Positions 1 to 9,666 of a DNA stretch of 64,000 nucleotides are shown here, piece by piece (position 1 is the first letter of the stretch; each line of letters starts with the position of its first letter). A program made the position numbers and the translations under genes. The notes beneath the pieces were generated by a model. It had not been told where the DNA came from, did no database searches, and saw only the letters and a program-made list of their open reading frames with translations. The DNA is taken from assembly GCA_027485595.1 (NCBI GenBank), contig JAIXQT010000075.1:44589-108588 (forward strand), written 5' to 3'. The stretch comes from Pseudomonadota bacterium (GTDB lineage: Bacteria; Bdellovibrionota_C; UBA2361; OMII01).

Positions 1-790
1 CAAGAGCCCTCTTGGACGCAATCTCTCACTCTCGCTTGGAAGTAGTGAGGTCACCCCACTTGAGCTTACTCGCGCCTATTCGGTGTTCCCTGCGAAGGGG
101 GTTCTTTTTGAGTCGGTGTTCGTCGAGAAGATCAAGGATCGGTACGGGGAGGTGCTCTATGACAGCGCCACCGAGGGCGCGGGTAACGCTCGCCAAGTTA
201 TTAGTGAGAATAGCGCATTCATCATGGCGAACATGATGAAGGGTGTTGTGGAGCATGGAACGGGCTATCGAATTAAAGAGCTTGGCCGACCGGTCGCCGG
301 CAAGACCGGAACATCAAATGATCAGATGGACACATGGTTTATCGGATACACCCCTACATGGGTGTGTGGTGTATGGGTTGGTTTTGATCAGAAGAAGCAG
401 ATCGGAGCAAAGGAGACCGGTGGCGTTGTTGCGGCTCCGATCTGGCTCTACTTTATGAGGGATTTCCTGGAGCGATCGAGCGCGGCGACGGTTGATGGCC
501 TTGAGCGGGAGGCGCGGAGCGAGGCTGAAAAGCTGGGCATTGAATACGTAGCGCCGAAGATCACCGAACAGTTGGATTTTAGCGTCCCCGATGGGGTTGA
601 ACCGTTCTGGATAAACAAATCGACCGGCGCTCGTTTGGCGCAGGGAAGCTCGGGAGCCTTTCTTGAGTACTACATCAAAGGTACCGCCCCCGAGGAGTAT
701 CCTAATCTAGGCGGCGGTTCAGAGGGGGAGGGTGATGGCGACGAGCGCGAGGCCAGCACGAGCTCCTACCTTGAGTCTCCGGATCTCTAG
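1..790 (+). CDS. mrcA: Penicillin-binding protein 1A, C-terminal (transpeptidase) portion; 5' end lies outside the window
   Basis: The translation has the KTGT(S/T) transpeptidase motif (RPVAGKTGTSND) and a conserved PBP1A C-terminal region (WFIGYTP..GVWVGFD). The frame is open to base 1. Confidence 0.8.
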   Translation, partial: KSPLGRNLSLSLGSSEVTPLELTRAYSVFPAKGVLFESVFVEKIKDRYGEVLYDSATEGAGNARQVISENSAFIMANMMKGVVEHGTGYRIKELGRPVAGKTGTSNDQMDTWFIGYTPTWVCGVWVGFDQKKQIGAKETGGVVAAPIWLYFMRDFLERSSAATVDGLEREARSEAEKLGIEYVAPKITEQLDFSVPDGVEPFWINKSTGARLAQGSSGAFLEYYIKGTAPEEYPNLGGGSEGEGDGDEREASTSSYLESPDL

Positions 791-854
791 CGCGAGGTGT
801 TGTTGGACGACCCTGGCAGCCACAGAGTATAATTGCACCGTAGCTGAGATGGCA

Positions 855-1442
855 TCATCGGCCCCCCTCCCGTATGAATACGGTTACCTTAATAATCCTG
901 TCGCCCGCTCGAAGTTCTTTGAGAGTATCAAATCCACCGACCACCTTGCCAAAAACCGTATAGTGCCCGTCCATATGCGGAGCGTCTGTGAGCAGGATGT
1001 GAAACTGGCTCCCATTTGATCGCCGCTCGGGATTAGCCCGTCGACCGGTTTTTGTATCCACATCCGGCTTGCGGGCCATGCCAACGGTGCCCAGGGTGTG
1101 GTCGCGATCGCTAAACTCTGCGGGGAGGTCGTACCCTGGCCCCCCTCGTCCATTCCCGAGCGGATCTCCTCCCTGAATCAGGTAGTCCCGCTGCGAGAAG
1201 TGAAAGGTGAGGTTCTTATAGAAGTGTTTATCGGCCAGGTACTTAAAGTTCGCCACGTGCCACGGGGCTTCCTCGGGAAAGAGCTCGAGAAAAAGCTTGC
1301 CCTTGGAGGTCTCCACGATAGCGCTACGAATTTTCAGTACCTCCCCCTTCGGCGGCATGTTAAACGGGGGATCTTTAGCGAAGGAAAGCGTGGGCGAGAG
1401 AAATGTTCCGATATAAAGGGCGAGTATGAATAGCTTTTTCAT
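855..1442 (-). CDS. Cyclophilin-type peptidyl-prolyl cis-trans isomerase, secreted (signal peptide)
   Basis: It starts MKKLFILALYIGTFLSPTLSFA, a signal peptide. It has cyclophilin motifs (FHFSQRDYLIQGGDPLGNGRGGPGY ... HYTVFGKVVGG). The ORF track start at 1493 is an upstream extension; the ATG at 1442 fits the signal peptide. Confidence 0.8.
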   Translation of the reverse strand: MKKLFILALYIGTFLSPTLSFAKDPPFNMPPKGEVLKIRSAIVETSKGKLFLELFPEEAPWHVANFKYLADKHFYKNLTFHFSQRDYLIQGGDPLGNGRGGPGYDLPAEFSDRDHTLGTVGMARKPDVDTKTGRRANPERRSNGSQFHILLTDAPHMDGHYTVFGKVVGGFDTLKELRAGDRIIKVTVFIREGGR

Positions 1443-1572
1443 GTGACGCGGAGCTACCGTACCAGGGTGGTAATTAACCCGTTCCCAGACCATTCTTAAG
1501 ACCCTGCTAAGCCTATCATGACTCCGGTCTCGTGGGCCTTTTTGTTGACTGGCGACACCGGGACTACCTGAC

Positions 1573-1582
1573 TATAGTATAC
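1573..1582. promoter_or_regulatory. Perfect 10-bp AT-rich palindrome TAGTATACTA in the divergent promoter region between the cyclophilin gene and the VWA gene
   Basis: TAGTATACTA is its own reverse complement. It lies in a GC-rich background between two divergently transcribed genes. Confidence 0.25.
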
Positions 1583-1863
1583 TAATGTAGGCAGCGAATG
1601 TTATCTCCTCAGCGGCTTTTTTCCTATGAAGAAACGCCATCCAGGGAGATGGTGCGTTTATCACTGTAAATCGGTTGAAGATTTCGGAGGTAAGCGCTCT
1701 TTTGGTCGGTCCCTCGAGGCTATCGGATGTCCCTCCAAGAAGCGGCTGGCTCAGTAGAAACCTCCTCGTGTGAATTCCACGGTGTTCATTCGCAGCGGGT
1801 TGATCGACCTCTTCGTTGGTTGGGACAACGTGGTCAGTTTTGCAGGTTTAACAACGTACGCGC

Positions 1864-3954
1864 ATGAGATCATCCTCCCTTTCTCGTTTTATTACCCACG
1901 TCACCCTCCAGATAGTATCCGCGTATACTTTTGCTTGTTACGTAGCTGCTGACCAACGTGAGCTCCCGCAACCACGGGGGGCCGTAGACGCCGTCCTGCT
2001 CGTAGACGCCTCTGGAAGCATGCTGAAGACAGACGCTCAGATGCTTCGGTATGAGGGGGCAAAGCTCTTTTTGCAATTTCTCGGCAAGGATGATCGGCTC
2101 GCGATTGTTAGCTTCGGTGACCAAGCCCGCGTCGTCAGCGACTTGAGGGACTTTAGTAAGGAGCCGATAAACGAGGTTGTCCAACAGATCCAATCGATCA
2201 AAACGGAGGGGCAGTACACAGATATCCTTGAGGGCGTTCGGGCAGCAGCAAGGATATTAGAGGCGAGTCCCCGTAATGACGCTGAGCAAATTATCGTCCT
2301 ACTCTCGGATGGTAAGATGGAACCGAGTCCGCAAAGCGGCACGGCGTCAACCCGAACGCTTGAACTGGTCAACCAAGTACTTCCTGAACTGAAAGCGAAA
2401 GAGATTAAGGTGCACTCACTCGCTTTTTCGGATCAAGCCGACAAGATGCTTCTGTCGGAGATATCGGCGGCTACGGACGGTTTGAATTGGTTTACCGCCA
2501 CATCTGATGATGTTCATAAATCGTTTGCGAGCCTTTTCCTTGTGGTCAAGCGTCCGCAGGTTTTGCAGATGCGCAGTAGGTCCTTCGCCCTAGACGAGAG
2601 TGTTGATGAGGCGACGTTTTATATCACTCGAGATGAGGGCTCGAAACTCAAGCTTATTAGCCCAAAGAACCAGGAGATGACGGTCGATCAAATTCCTGAT
2701 TGGGTTACGTGGTTCGCCGGTAAAAACTTTGACGTAATCACGATGAGGGAGCCTGACATTGGAGAATGGCAGGTGCAAGGAGGGGGAAATACGGAGGGCT
2801 TCGCCACAGTCCTTACTAATCTACGGCTCGTCACGGATTGGCCGGTAATCATTCGGGTGGGTGATAAAAACGTGGTACAAGCCCGACTCTATGACGGTGA
2901 GAAACCGGTGGCCTTGCCCGAGATGTCAGGAGTTGTCCAATACGCGTTTCAAGTCATGCCAACAGACCGAATCGCCGCGGCAGTTGCCAAAGATTTCTTA
3001 AACGACGAGGGAAGGGACGGGGATAGGGTCGCTCGTGATGGTATCTTCTCGCGATATTGCGTTATTCCAGAGGCTGGAGAGTACAAACTTTCGATCGTCG
3101 CTCGGGGGCCAACCTTTGAACGGTCTCAGCAGGTTCCTTTTCGGGTGCGCCCTCCACTTCTCAGCTTTAGCGTAGCCGCCGGTGGCGATCACGGGGATGC
3201 TCACGATAAACACTCGCACGAAGGCGGGGAAACGTCTGGGCATCAGGCCTCGCACGGAGAGAGCAGTGTGATCAAGGGCGATCAAAGTGGTGTTTTTCGA
3301 GTTGAGCTGAGCAAAGAGGCTATGACGTTCCGTGATGTAGAGGTCTCGGTAGAAGCGCTTTCTCAGGAGCGCAGAAAGACCGTTGTTCGTCTCAAGCGTG
3401 CTCATGGAGAGGAAGGAGGGGTGTATGAGGGGAGCATCGACACCCTACCAGAGGCTGGAACCTATACACTAACGGCCATGCTCAAAGGCATCTCAAAGAA
3501 GGGGCAGGAGATGGAGGCGGAGAGTGAGCCTCTGAAGTTTGAGCTAACGGGTTTTGTGAAAAAGCCTGATCCTACTCCCACCCCGGTTGCGAAAGAGGTT
3601 CATCCTGAGGGGCCGAGCGAAGGTAAAAAGTTTCCGATACTCCCAATCGTAATAATCAGTGCCTCAAGCGTTTTAGCGATGATCGTTGGGGTAGTTCTGA
3701 CCAAGAAAAAGAAGGGACCGGGGTCGAACGTTACGCCGTACAATCCTCCGAAACAGATGCTCGATGCGATCGCGAGCCTCGAGCAAAAACTTGCGGCTTC
3801 CGACGTGAAGGTCGGCGATGTGAAGTTGGAGTCGGAGGTCGAGGCCGAACGAGCTGAAGCGGCCACGAAATCCGAAAATTCCCCCCAAGTAGAAAACGCC
3901 CCGGAAGACGCGACGCTCCAATCCGCGGATCCTCCGCCCTCCGAGGAGAGGTAG
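1864..3954 (+). CDS. von Willebrand factor A (VWA) domain protein with C-terminal transmembrane anchor and acidic/coiled tail
   Basis: It has a MIDAS motif (LLVDASGSM) and the VWA signature (IIVLLSDGK). A TM helix (FPILPIVIISASSVLAMIVGVVLTKKKK) lies near the C-terminus and no N-terminal signal peptide is evident. Confidence 0.7.
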   Translation: MRSSSLSRFITHVTLQIVSAYTFACYVAADQRELPQPRGAVDAVLLVDASGSMLKTDAQMLRYEGAKLFLQFLGKDDRLAIVSFGDQARVVSDLRDFSKEPINEVVQQIQSIKTEGQYTDILEGVRAAARILEASPRNDAEQIIVLLSDGKMEPSPQSGTASTRTLELVNQVLPELKAKEIKVHSLAFSDQADKMLLSEISAATDGLNWFTATSDDVHKSFASLFLVVKRPQVLQMRSRSFALDESVDEATFYITRDEGSKLKLISPKNQEMTVDQIPDWVTWFAGKNFDVITMREPDIGEWQVQGGGNTEGFATVLTNLRLVTDWPVIIRVGDKNVVQARLYDGEKPVALPEMSGVVQYAFQVMPTDRIAAAVAKDFLNDEGRDGDRVARDGIFSRYCVIPEAGEYKLSIVARGPTFERSQQVPFRVRPPLLSFSVAAGGDHGDAHDKHSHEGGETSGHQASHGESSVIKGDQSGVFRVELSKEAMTFRDVEVSVEALSQERRKTVVRLKRAHGEEGGVYEGSIDTLPEAGTYTLTAMLKGISKKGQEMEAESEPLKFELTGFVKKPDPTPTPVAKEVHPEGPSEGKKFPILPIVIISASSVLAMIVGVVLTKKKKGPGSNVTPYNPPKQMLDAIASLEQKLAASDVKVGDVKLESEVEAERAEAATKSENSPQVENAPEDATLQSADPPPSEER

Positions 3955-3959
3955 CTCTC

Positions 3960-4625
3960 ATGTCATTAATCATCTTGATTGTGGCGGTTGTTCAGTCTCT
4001 GTTGGTGGGGTTATTCCTGTTTAGGCGAGCCCTGGCTGAGGGGAGGGAGGCGAACGCTGGGAACGAGCTCGTCAAAGAGGAGCTCGCCACGAAGCGTGAT
4101 CTGTGGAACAGACTTGAGAGCCTTCGCCAGGAGATGGCGAATCCTGACGATTACGAGAAAGCTTCATCGGAGGTCAACGTCGCTCGGGAGTCCCTCAAGG
4201 CGGAGCGAGGTCGCGTCATCATTACCCAGGCGGAACTCGAGAGTGTCGAAGTTCGCTTGCGCGAGCTGGACGAGGTCAATCGAGAGCTTGAGGCAAGCAC
4301 ACTCGAGACTAAAGAGGAGCTCAAGATCCTTCAAAAGCGAGAGGGCGATCTCAAAACGAAGAATGAGGAGTTGCGAGTTCAGATAGCCAATTCGACCACG
4401 AAGCTTGAGGCCTTAATGTCTGAGATCGAGATGTCTGTTCAGATGCAGGAGCAGGTCAAGGTCATGAGGGCGGATCTCCTCAAGAGCGAGGAGCAGGTCG
4501 AAACCCTTATGAACGAGATTCAAAAAGGGAACGAGCAGTACTTTATAGCTAAGCGTCGTTACGACGCGCTCGATGTTGAGTACGCGCAGCTCTACCAGCA
4601 GTACATGGAGCAGAAGCAGAAGTAG
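3960..4625 (+). CDS. Membrane-anchored coiled-coil protein (N-terminal TM helix, long heptad-rich region), likely co-transcribed with the VWA gene
   Basis: It begins 6 nt after the VWA stop. It has an N-terminal TM segment (LIILIVAVVQSLLVGLFLF) and E/K/L-rich coiled-coil sequence thereafter. Confidence 0.5.
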   Translation: MSLIILIVAVVQSLLVGLFLFRRALAEGREANAGNELVKEELATKRDLWNRLESLRQEMANPDDYEKASSEVNVARESLKAERGRVIITQAELESVEVRLRELDEVNRELEASTLETKEELKILQKREGDLKTKNEELRVQIANSTTKLEALMSEIEMSVQMQEQVKVMRADLLKSEEQVETLMNEIQKGNEQYFIAKRRYDALDVEYAQLYQQYMEQKQK

Positions 4626-5093
4626 GGCATTGTTGTTGTCGACGTTCGGGTAGTCTGGGCACGTCACACATCCTTGCCGATACCAAAAACTAATTCCTGC
4701 GGTATGGGTGGTTATTCTGGATTCATTATCTCCCGGGTGGGGCTAAGAACGATTTTGACCCTGCGGATGCGTCGATTCAAAGAAAGCTGACGTTTTTAAA
4801 GGCTCTGATAAAGGCTCCATGAAAGAGCGAGGACGTATACGTTCCCCCGCGGTGTCGTAGGTAACGGCGGGTATTAAGCGCGCCGGCTGGTGCCGCCATC
4901 CCCCGTTGTCCACATAGGTAAATACCTGCCCACAGGCATCTTTCTCCCGGTGTTTGTGAAGCTCCGGTGGGCGCCCGTCTGAGCATCAGAAAAGTCATGC
5001 CTTACCCCAAGAATCGCCGGCGTATTGTATCTTGCGAGGAAAGGAAGACCTGATACGATTTTTGCTCAGTCGTCAGCGATATGGTGAGTCTCG

Positions 5094-6047
5094 ATGGCCT
5101 TCAAAATATCTCCACAAGCCGAACGAGTACTCGCTGAGGTTACTTGGAACGCGCGAGCTTCTATTGAAGATGTCGCGCGCAAACTGCGAATGCGCGCCCA
5201 TACCGTTAGGCGAACGGTGCGAAATTTGCATGAGGCCTTGGATTTTCAACCCGTTTGTTGGACCCATCCCTATCTACTTGGAAAAATACCGTTCCGAGTC
5301 TTCTTTCGACTCAAGGGGGGAACCCCACAGAGAGTGCGGGAGTTCGTGACCTTCATCAAGTCGTTGCCGCAGGTGAGTTGGTTTGTGTCCCTCATAGGAC
5401 GGTATCAGTATGGCGTCACCGTTCGAGCGGAGGGACACCTCGCTCTGTTAGAGCTCTTCGATGTTATCGACAAAAAATTTGGTGATATGATCGGGCATAA
5501 GAGCGTCTCAACAGTCGTGAGTCTTACGTGCTACTCCCCAGCTCTTGCCCACGCCGGTGTGGGATCGCGTAAGCAGCTCGAATATTCTGCAGTTGATGAC
5601 CGAGTTGAGCTGACCGAACTCGATCGTAGGCTCGTGGAGTTTCTGCGGGATAAGCCCCTTGCTAGTTTGCCAGAAGTCGGTCGGGCACTGGGGGCAAGTG
5701 CCACTACTATAGCGTATCGATTCAACCGACTCGTCAACATACAAGCGATACTTGGCTTCGGGTACGCCTACGACGCCGTTAATTTGCAGTATACTGAATT
5801 TCTCGTGTCCGTGGCGACCAAGGGGTTTGGATCCCCTTGCTTCGACGCAATAGCGAGGTTTTGCGCGGAACATGGAGGCGTCTGGTGGCTTGGTCGATAT
5901 ATAGGTCATTGGGATATCGAACTCTCTCTCAGTGTTAAGACAACTCAGGACCTTGATCTCTTTATCCAGCAACTCAACGTTATTTGTCGTGACCAAATTG
6001 AGGAGATTCACATCCACACGTTCGGTAAGCTTTACCAAGATCGATAA
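5094..6047 (+). CDS. Lrp/AsnC-family transcriptional regulator with two tandem Lrp/AsnC modules
   Basis: There are two repeats of an HTH (IEDVARKLRMRAHTVRRTVRNL; LPEVGRALGASATTIAYRFNRL), each followed by a RAM-like ligand-binding segment. Confidence 0.5.
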   Translation: MAFKISPQAERVLAEVTWNARASIEDVARKLRMRAHTVRRTVRNLHEALDFQPVCWTHPYLLGKIPFRVFFRLKGGTPQRVREFVTFIKSLPQVSWFVSLIGRYQYGVTVRAEGHLALLELFDVIDKKFGDMIGHKSVSTVVSLTCYSPALAHAGVGSRKQLEYSAVDDRVELTELDRRLVEFLRDKPLASLPEVGRALGASATTIAYRFNRLVNIQAILGFGYAYDAVNLQYTEFLVSVATKGFGSPCFDAIARFCAEHGGVWWLGRYIGHWDIELSLSVKTTQDLDLFIQQLNVICRDQIEEIHIHTFGKLYQDR

Positions 6048-6565
6048 ACTCAATCGTTTCAAACTTATGTGCTTCATGACTGATAGTCGCATGCCGGGTA
6101 AGGCTATAAACGAAGGCGACGCCCCGTAGGTTTGCCGAGCAAATAGCATATCGTAAGTAATGGCGTTCTAGTGTCCAACGTACAGAGCTACCTATGTTCC
6201 CAAGGCGCTGTCAGCGAGCAACGCTGTGAATACTTGTTGGGTTCGTCCCATTAGTTTTCTAGGGGCGTACGGGGATGGTAACCGTGCTTGAAGATAGTTT
6301 GGGAGAACGAAGAATTTCGCAAGCAGGACGCGTTTAACATTTGGTAGCTATGACATTGTAACATTTAATTCGTTCAAGTGTGAAAAGAGCATGCCGATCG
6401 ATTCTCGTGCGAGAAGCCGAACGGGTGGAACTCACTGGCAGATTTGTTGAGGACTTAGACCGGAAATACGGGGAGCTTGAGGAGGGGGCGACCGTAAACA
6501 ATAGTAACTTCCAATCACCCCCGAATATGCCTACAATTCTTAGAGCGAAACTTGGGGCCAGGATC

Positions 6566-7222
6566 ATGCTTAGATATAGGGTCGTCTTTTTACTTCAACT
6601 CGTCACGAGACACTCCTGGTGTGACCGCTCCTTGCGGACGGTAGCCGTAGTTTTTTATCTCCTGTTTGGCGTGTTCTCCTCGTTCGAAGCTGCCGCTGAG
6701 ACGCCAATAACCGTGCCTCCACTGTTTCAACTTACGTTGGACAGGATTGATGGCACAAAAGTTTCGATGAGCACTTTTTAAGGCAAGGTGATTCTCGTCG
6801 TTAACACCGCGTCGAAGTGCGGTTTCACGCCGCAGTACAAGGACCTTGAGGTCCTGTATGAACGATATCGTGATAAAGGCTTCGTAGTGCTCGGTTTTCC
6901 GAGTAATGACTTTCGGAATCAAGAGCCGGGTCAAGACGATGAGATCGCCACGTTTTGCAAGACCAGGTTCGGAGTCACCTTTCCACTGTTTAAGAAGGGT
7001 TCTGTTACTGAGCCACACATGCAGCTCTTGTATCGGACACTATTATCACAGGCCCCGGATGAATTGAGTGCCCCTCCTGCCTGGAACTTTGAGAAGATCC
7101 TTCTGAATAAGAAGGGGGTAGTGGTGGCCCGGTTTGGGTCGTTTGTTAATCCGTTGAGCGATAGGATCACCTCTGTGATTGACAAAGAGGTTGCCCCACC
7201 GATTCAAAGCGCAGCGCGATGA
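6566..7222 (+). pseudogene. Glutathione peroxidase (BtuE/GPx family) with signal peptide, interrupted by a single in-frame TAA at 6779-6781
   Basis: ORF 6380..6781 and ORF 6788..7222 are in the same frame. Joined, they read ...[35 protein letters not shown]...WNFEKIL, a continuous GPx fold with a Cys (not Sec) active site. The stop replaces one residue of the conserved (K/A)G(K/N)V motif. Confidence 0.6.
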
Positions 7223-8004
7223 ATGCTCGACTTATCCTAGTAGCACTTGCCCCAGTACTCCTCTGCACCGCGTGTACCGTATTCAAGGCTCGCCCCGCGG
7301 AGGATAGCGGGTTTCTGCCATATCCTGAACTATTAAAGCCAATGCCGGAGCGCGCGCCCTTTAACGCCGTATATGTTCCCGATCCTAAACGAATGGAGGA
7401 GCTGCGCCTCAAGTACCCATTTATTTCAGTCTTGCCGATCAACACCCTGCCTGCGGAAGCCAAGATAAGGGCCAAGCAGCTACCCTCAGGGGTTGAGGAT
7501 TCAAGGATAGCGGATGTGAGGGAGCTCAGCGCCTATTTCCATGCGCGTCTGACGAGCGCGTTCTCTGAATATGATGGAGATGGACTTTCAGCAGACGACG
7601 AACCGATTAGCGTGAGACGGTTCGCCGTACGTGATGAGCCAACGGATCAAACTCTTGTATTGGAGATCGCCATCACTGAGATTTCGCCGAATCTTCCGGA
7701 GGTATCCGCCGTTGCTACAGTCGCCGGGTTTATACTGCCGGGAAGTAGTATTATCCGGTTGTTTGGGTCAGGCAGCATCGCCATAGAGGGCATCGTGAGA
7801 GATGGAAAGACAGGTGAGCTGCTTGCCGAATTTAGAGACCGAGAGGCAGATAAATCCGCTCCGATATCGGTTCGGGATTATCAGATGTATGCTCACATCC
7901 GACGTACCTTAGACGACTGGGCCGATCAGTTGGCCGAACTTGCGGGTACCGTTCCGAGTCATCAAGTCAAAGACTCTTTGCCCTTTACCCTCGACCCCCT
8001 CTGA
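7219..8004 (+). CDS. Hypothetical lipoprotein (signal peptide with Cys in a near-canonical lipobox position)
   Basis: The N-terminus MNARLILVALAPVLLCTACTVF is signal-peptide-like. The start overlaps the upstream stop (ATGA). No recognisable catalytic motif. Confidence 0.45.
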   Translation: MNARLILVALAPVLLCTACTVFKARPAEDSGFLPYPELLKPMPERAPFNAVYVPDPKRMEELRLKYPFISVLPINTLPAEAKIRAKQLPSGVEDSRIADVRELSAYFHARLTSAFSEYDGDGLSADDEPISVRRFAVRDEPTDQTLVLEIAITEISPNLPEVSAVATVAGFILPGSSIIRLFGSGSIAIEGIVRDGKTGELLAEFRDREADKSAPISVRDYQMYAHIRRTLDDWADQLAELAGTVPSHQVKDSLPFTLDPL

Positions 8005-8173
8005 TCGCTTCACAATCTCTCATGCTTCCCCTTTCTGCTCTCTTGCCTGCTCTGTGGCGACACGATGGTAGCGACAACAGGGAGCGTCATCAGGGACAGA
8101 GGCTTCAGAACGAGTTGCGCACGGTGATTGTTACCTCCTAAACTGCTAGGAAGGCACGGCAAGGGGGGGCGAT

Positions 8174-8860
8174 TTGAGAATCATTCTTTTCGATATCGAC
8201 GGAACGTTGATCACCGCTGGAAAGGCACCCAGGCGCGCTTTTACGCAAGCCTTCCAGGAGGTCTTGGGGGTTGTTCCAGTGACTGCGGGCGTTAGGACTC
8301 ATGGAGCAACTGACCCGCAAATACGTCACGACACCGCCATGTCGACCTTTGGTCGTTCTCTGACTGATAGTGAATACGCTCGTTTCAACGCTCGGTATGT
8401 GGAGCTGCTGTATCGGGAGATAGAATGCGAAGCTGAGTACCAGGTCATGCCCGGAGTCGGAGATCTTTTGGAGACTCTTTCGCAGCGTGAAGGTGTAGCG
8501 TTGGGTCTTCAAACTGGGAACTTAGAGGAGGCTGTGCCCGCAAAACTCAACCGCGGAGGACTTACTCGCTATTTTGCGTGCGGTGGTTTCGGCACGGACA
8601 GTTCCTCTCGGCCTGAGATTATTCGCACCGCGATAGCTCGTACCATAGACGCTTATCAGATCGCCTCCGCTCAGCAAACGGATGTTATCGTCATTGGCGA
8701 TGCTCCGCAGGACGTTGGTGCGGCGATGGAGGTAGGGGTGCGTTCTATCGCGGTAACAACGGGGGTCTATTCGGCGAAGGAATTGGCGGCGGCTGGTCCG
8801 TGCACAGTTCTGGCGGACCTTTCAGATGTGCAGGGGGTGATCTCCCTTCTTGGGGTATAA
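8174..8860 (+). CDS. HAD-superfamily hydrolase (phosphoglycolate phosphatase-like)
   Basis: HAD motif I FDIDGTL at the N-terminus and motif IV-like GDAPQDV near the C-terminus. TTG start. Confidence 0.7.
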   Translation: MRIILFDIDGTLITAGKAPRRAFTQAFQEVLGVVPVTAGVRTHGATDPQIRHDTAMSTFGRSLTDSEYARFNARYVELLYREIECEAEYQVMPGVGDLLETLSQREGVALGLQTGNLEEAVPAKLNRGGLTRYFACGGFGTDSSSRPEIIRTAIARTIDAYQIASAQQTDVIVIGDAPQDVGAAMEVGVRSIAVTTGVYSAKELAAAGPCTVLADLSDVQGVISLLGV

Positions 8861-9005
8861 CGTTGGAGTGCACTGAGCAACCCACAACCATAGAACGCTT
8901 TTGGCATCGAGAGTGGGGCGAGGTGACTCTACCGGCGGGAAGGGGAGTTGTAGAGGCTCGTTCCACGGACCGGTCACCTCTTGCATACGTGACCGGAGAC
9001 GCGCC

Positions 9006-9452
9006 ATGGGTATGATTGAGAGAGCAGACGTAACGCAAGGATCCGCATATGAGATCACCCAGCAGGAAGATTGGAGGGCCGCAGGTGAGGTCCTGGTGCA
9101 TTTGCGACCGACTTTGGACGTTGATAGTTTTGTCTCAAGAAGAGTGGAGCTTTCCGCAAAAGGCTTGCGGCTCGTTGCTGTAAAGCGGGATGGTGAGATC
9201 GTCTCAGTCGGTAGCTTCACCATCTCACCGCATATTCTGCATGGGCACGAAATGCTCGTTCACGATATGGCTACGAGGAAGCAAGAGCTCGGATGTGGCT
9301 ATGGAACCCGCGTGGTGGAACAGCTTGAGCGCATCGCAAAAGACGAGGGGTGCTTCCGTGTGTTTGTCCACACCAGAAACGCCAGTGGCTTTTATGAACG
9401 AAATGGGTATGAGCGATATTCAACCGGTATGGTGAAAACGGTGGATAGATAG
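9006..9452 (+). CDS. GNAT-family N-acetyltransferase
   Basis: The Q/RxxGxG/A-like motif (RKQELGCGYGTRVV) and the fold order are typical of GNAT. The likely start is MGMIERADV, internal to the longer ORF-track ORF. Confidence 0.6.
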   Translation: MGMIERADVTQGSAYEITQQEDWRAAGEVLVHLRPTLDVDSFVSRRVELSAKGLRLVAVKRDGEIVSVGSFTISPHILHGHEMLVHDMATRKQELGCGYGTRVVEQLERIAKDEGCFRVFVHTRNASGFYERNGYERYSTGMVKTVDR

Positions 9453-9666
9453 CAAGCTCATCGCGTTTTCGAGTGGGTGATGGCGAGCATGGAGAGGGCG
9501 TAGGTCCTTGTTTTGAGGTATAATTCGCGCCTTTCAGCATAATACCGAGTGCTACCCACTCGATTCCGCGATGACCCAGATAAAAAGCAATGCTATCGGC
9601 CGCGTTGCAGTGAAGGGGCGTGTTCACCACATCCGTTCAGGTGTCGGTGCGAGTAACGCCGGGCCT

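Noticed and set aside
6770-6790. TAA in GPx as a recoded (Sec/Pyl-like) codon
   Set aside because: The GPx active site already has Cys. The stop is TAA rather than TGA or TAG, and no SECIS-like hairpin follows. A nonsense mutation or error is the simpler explanation.
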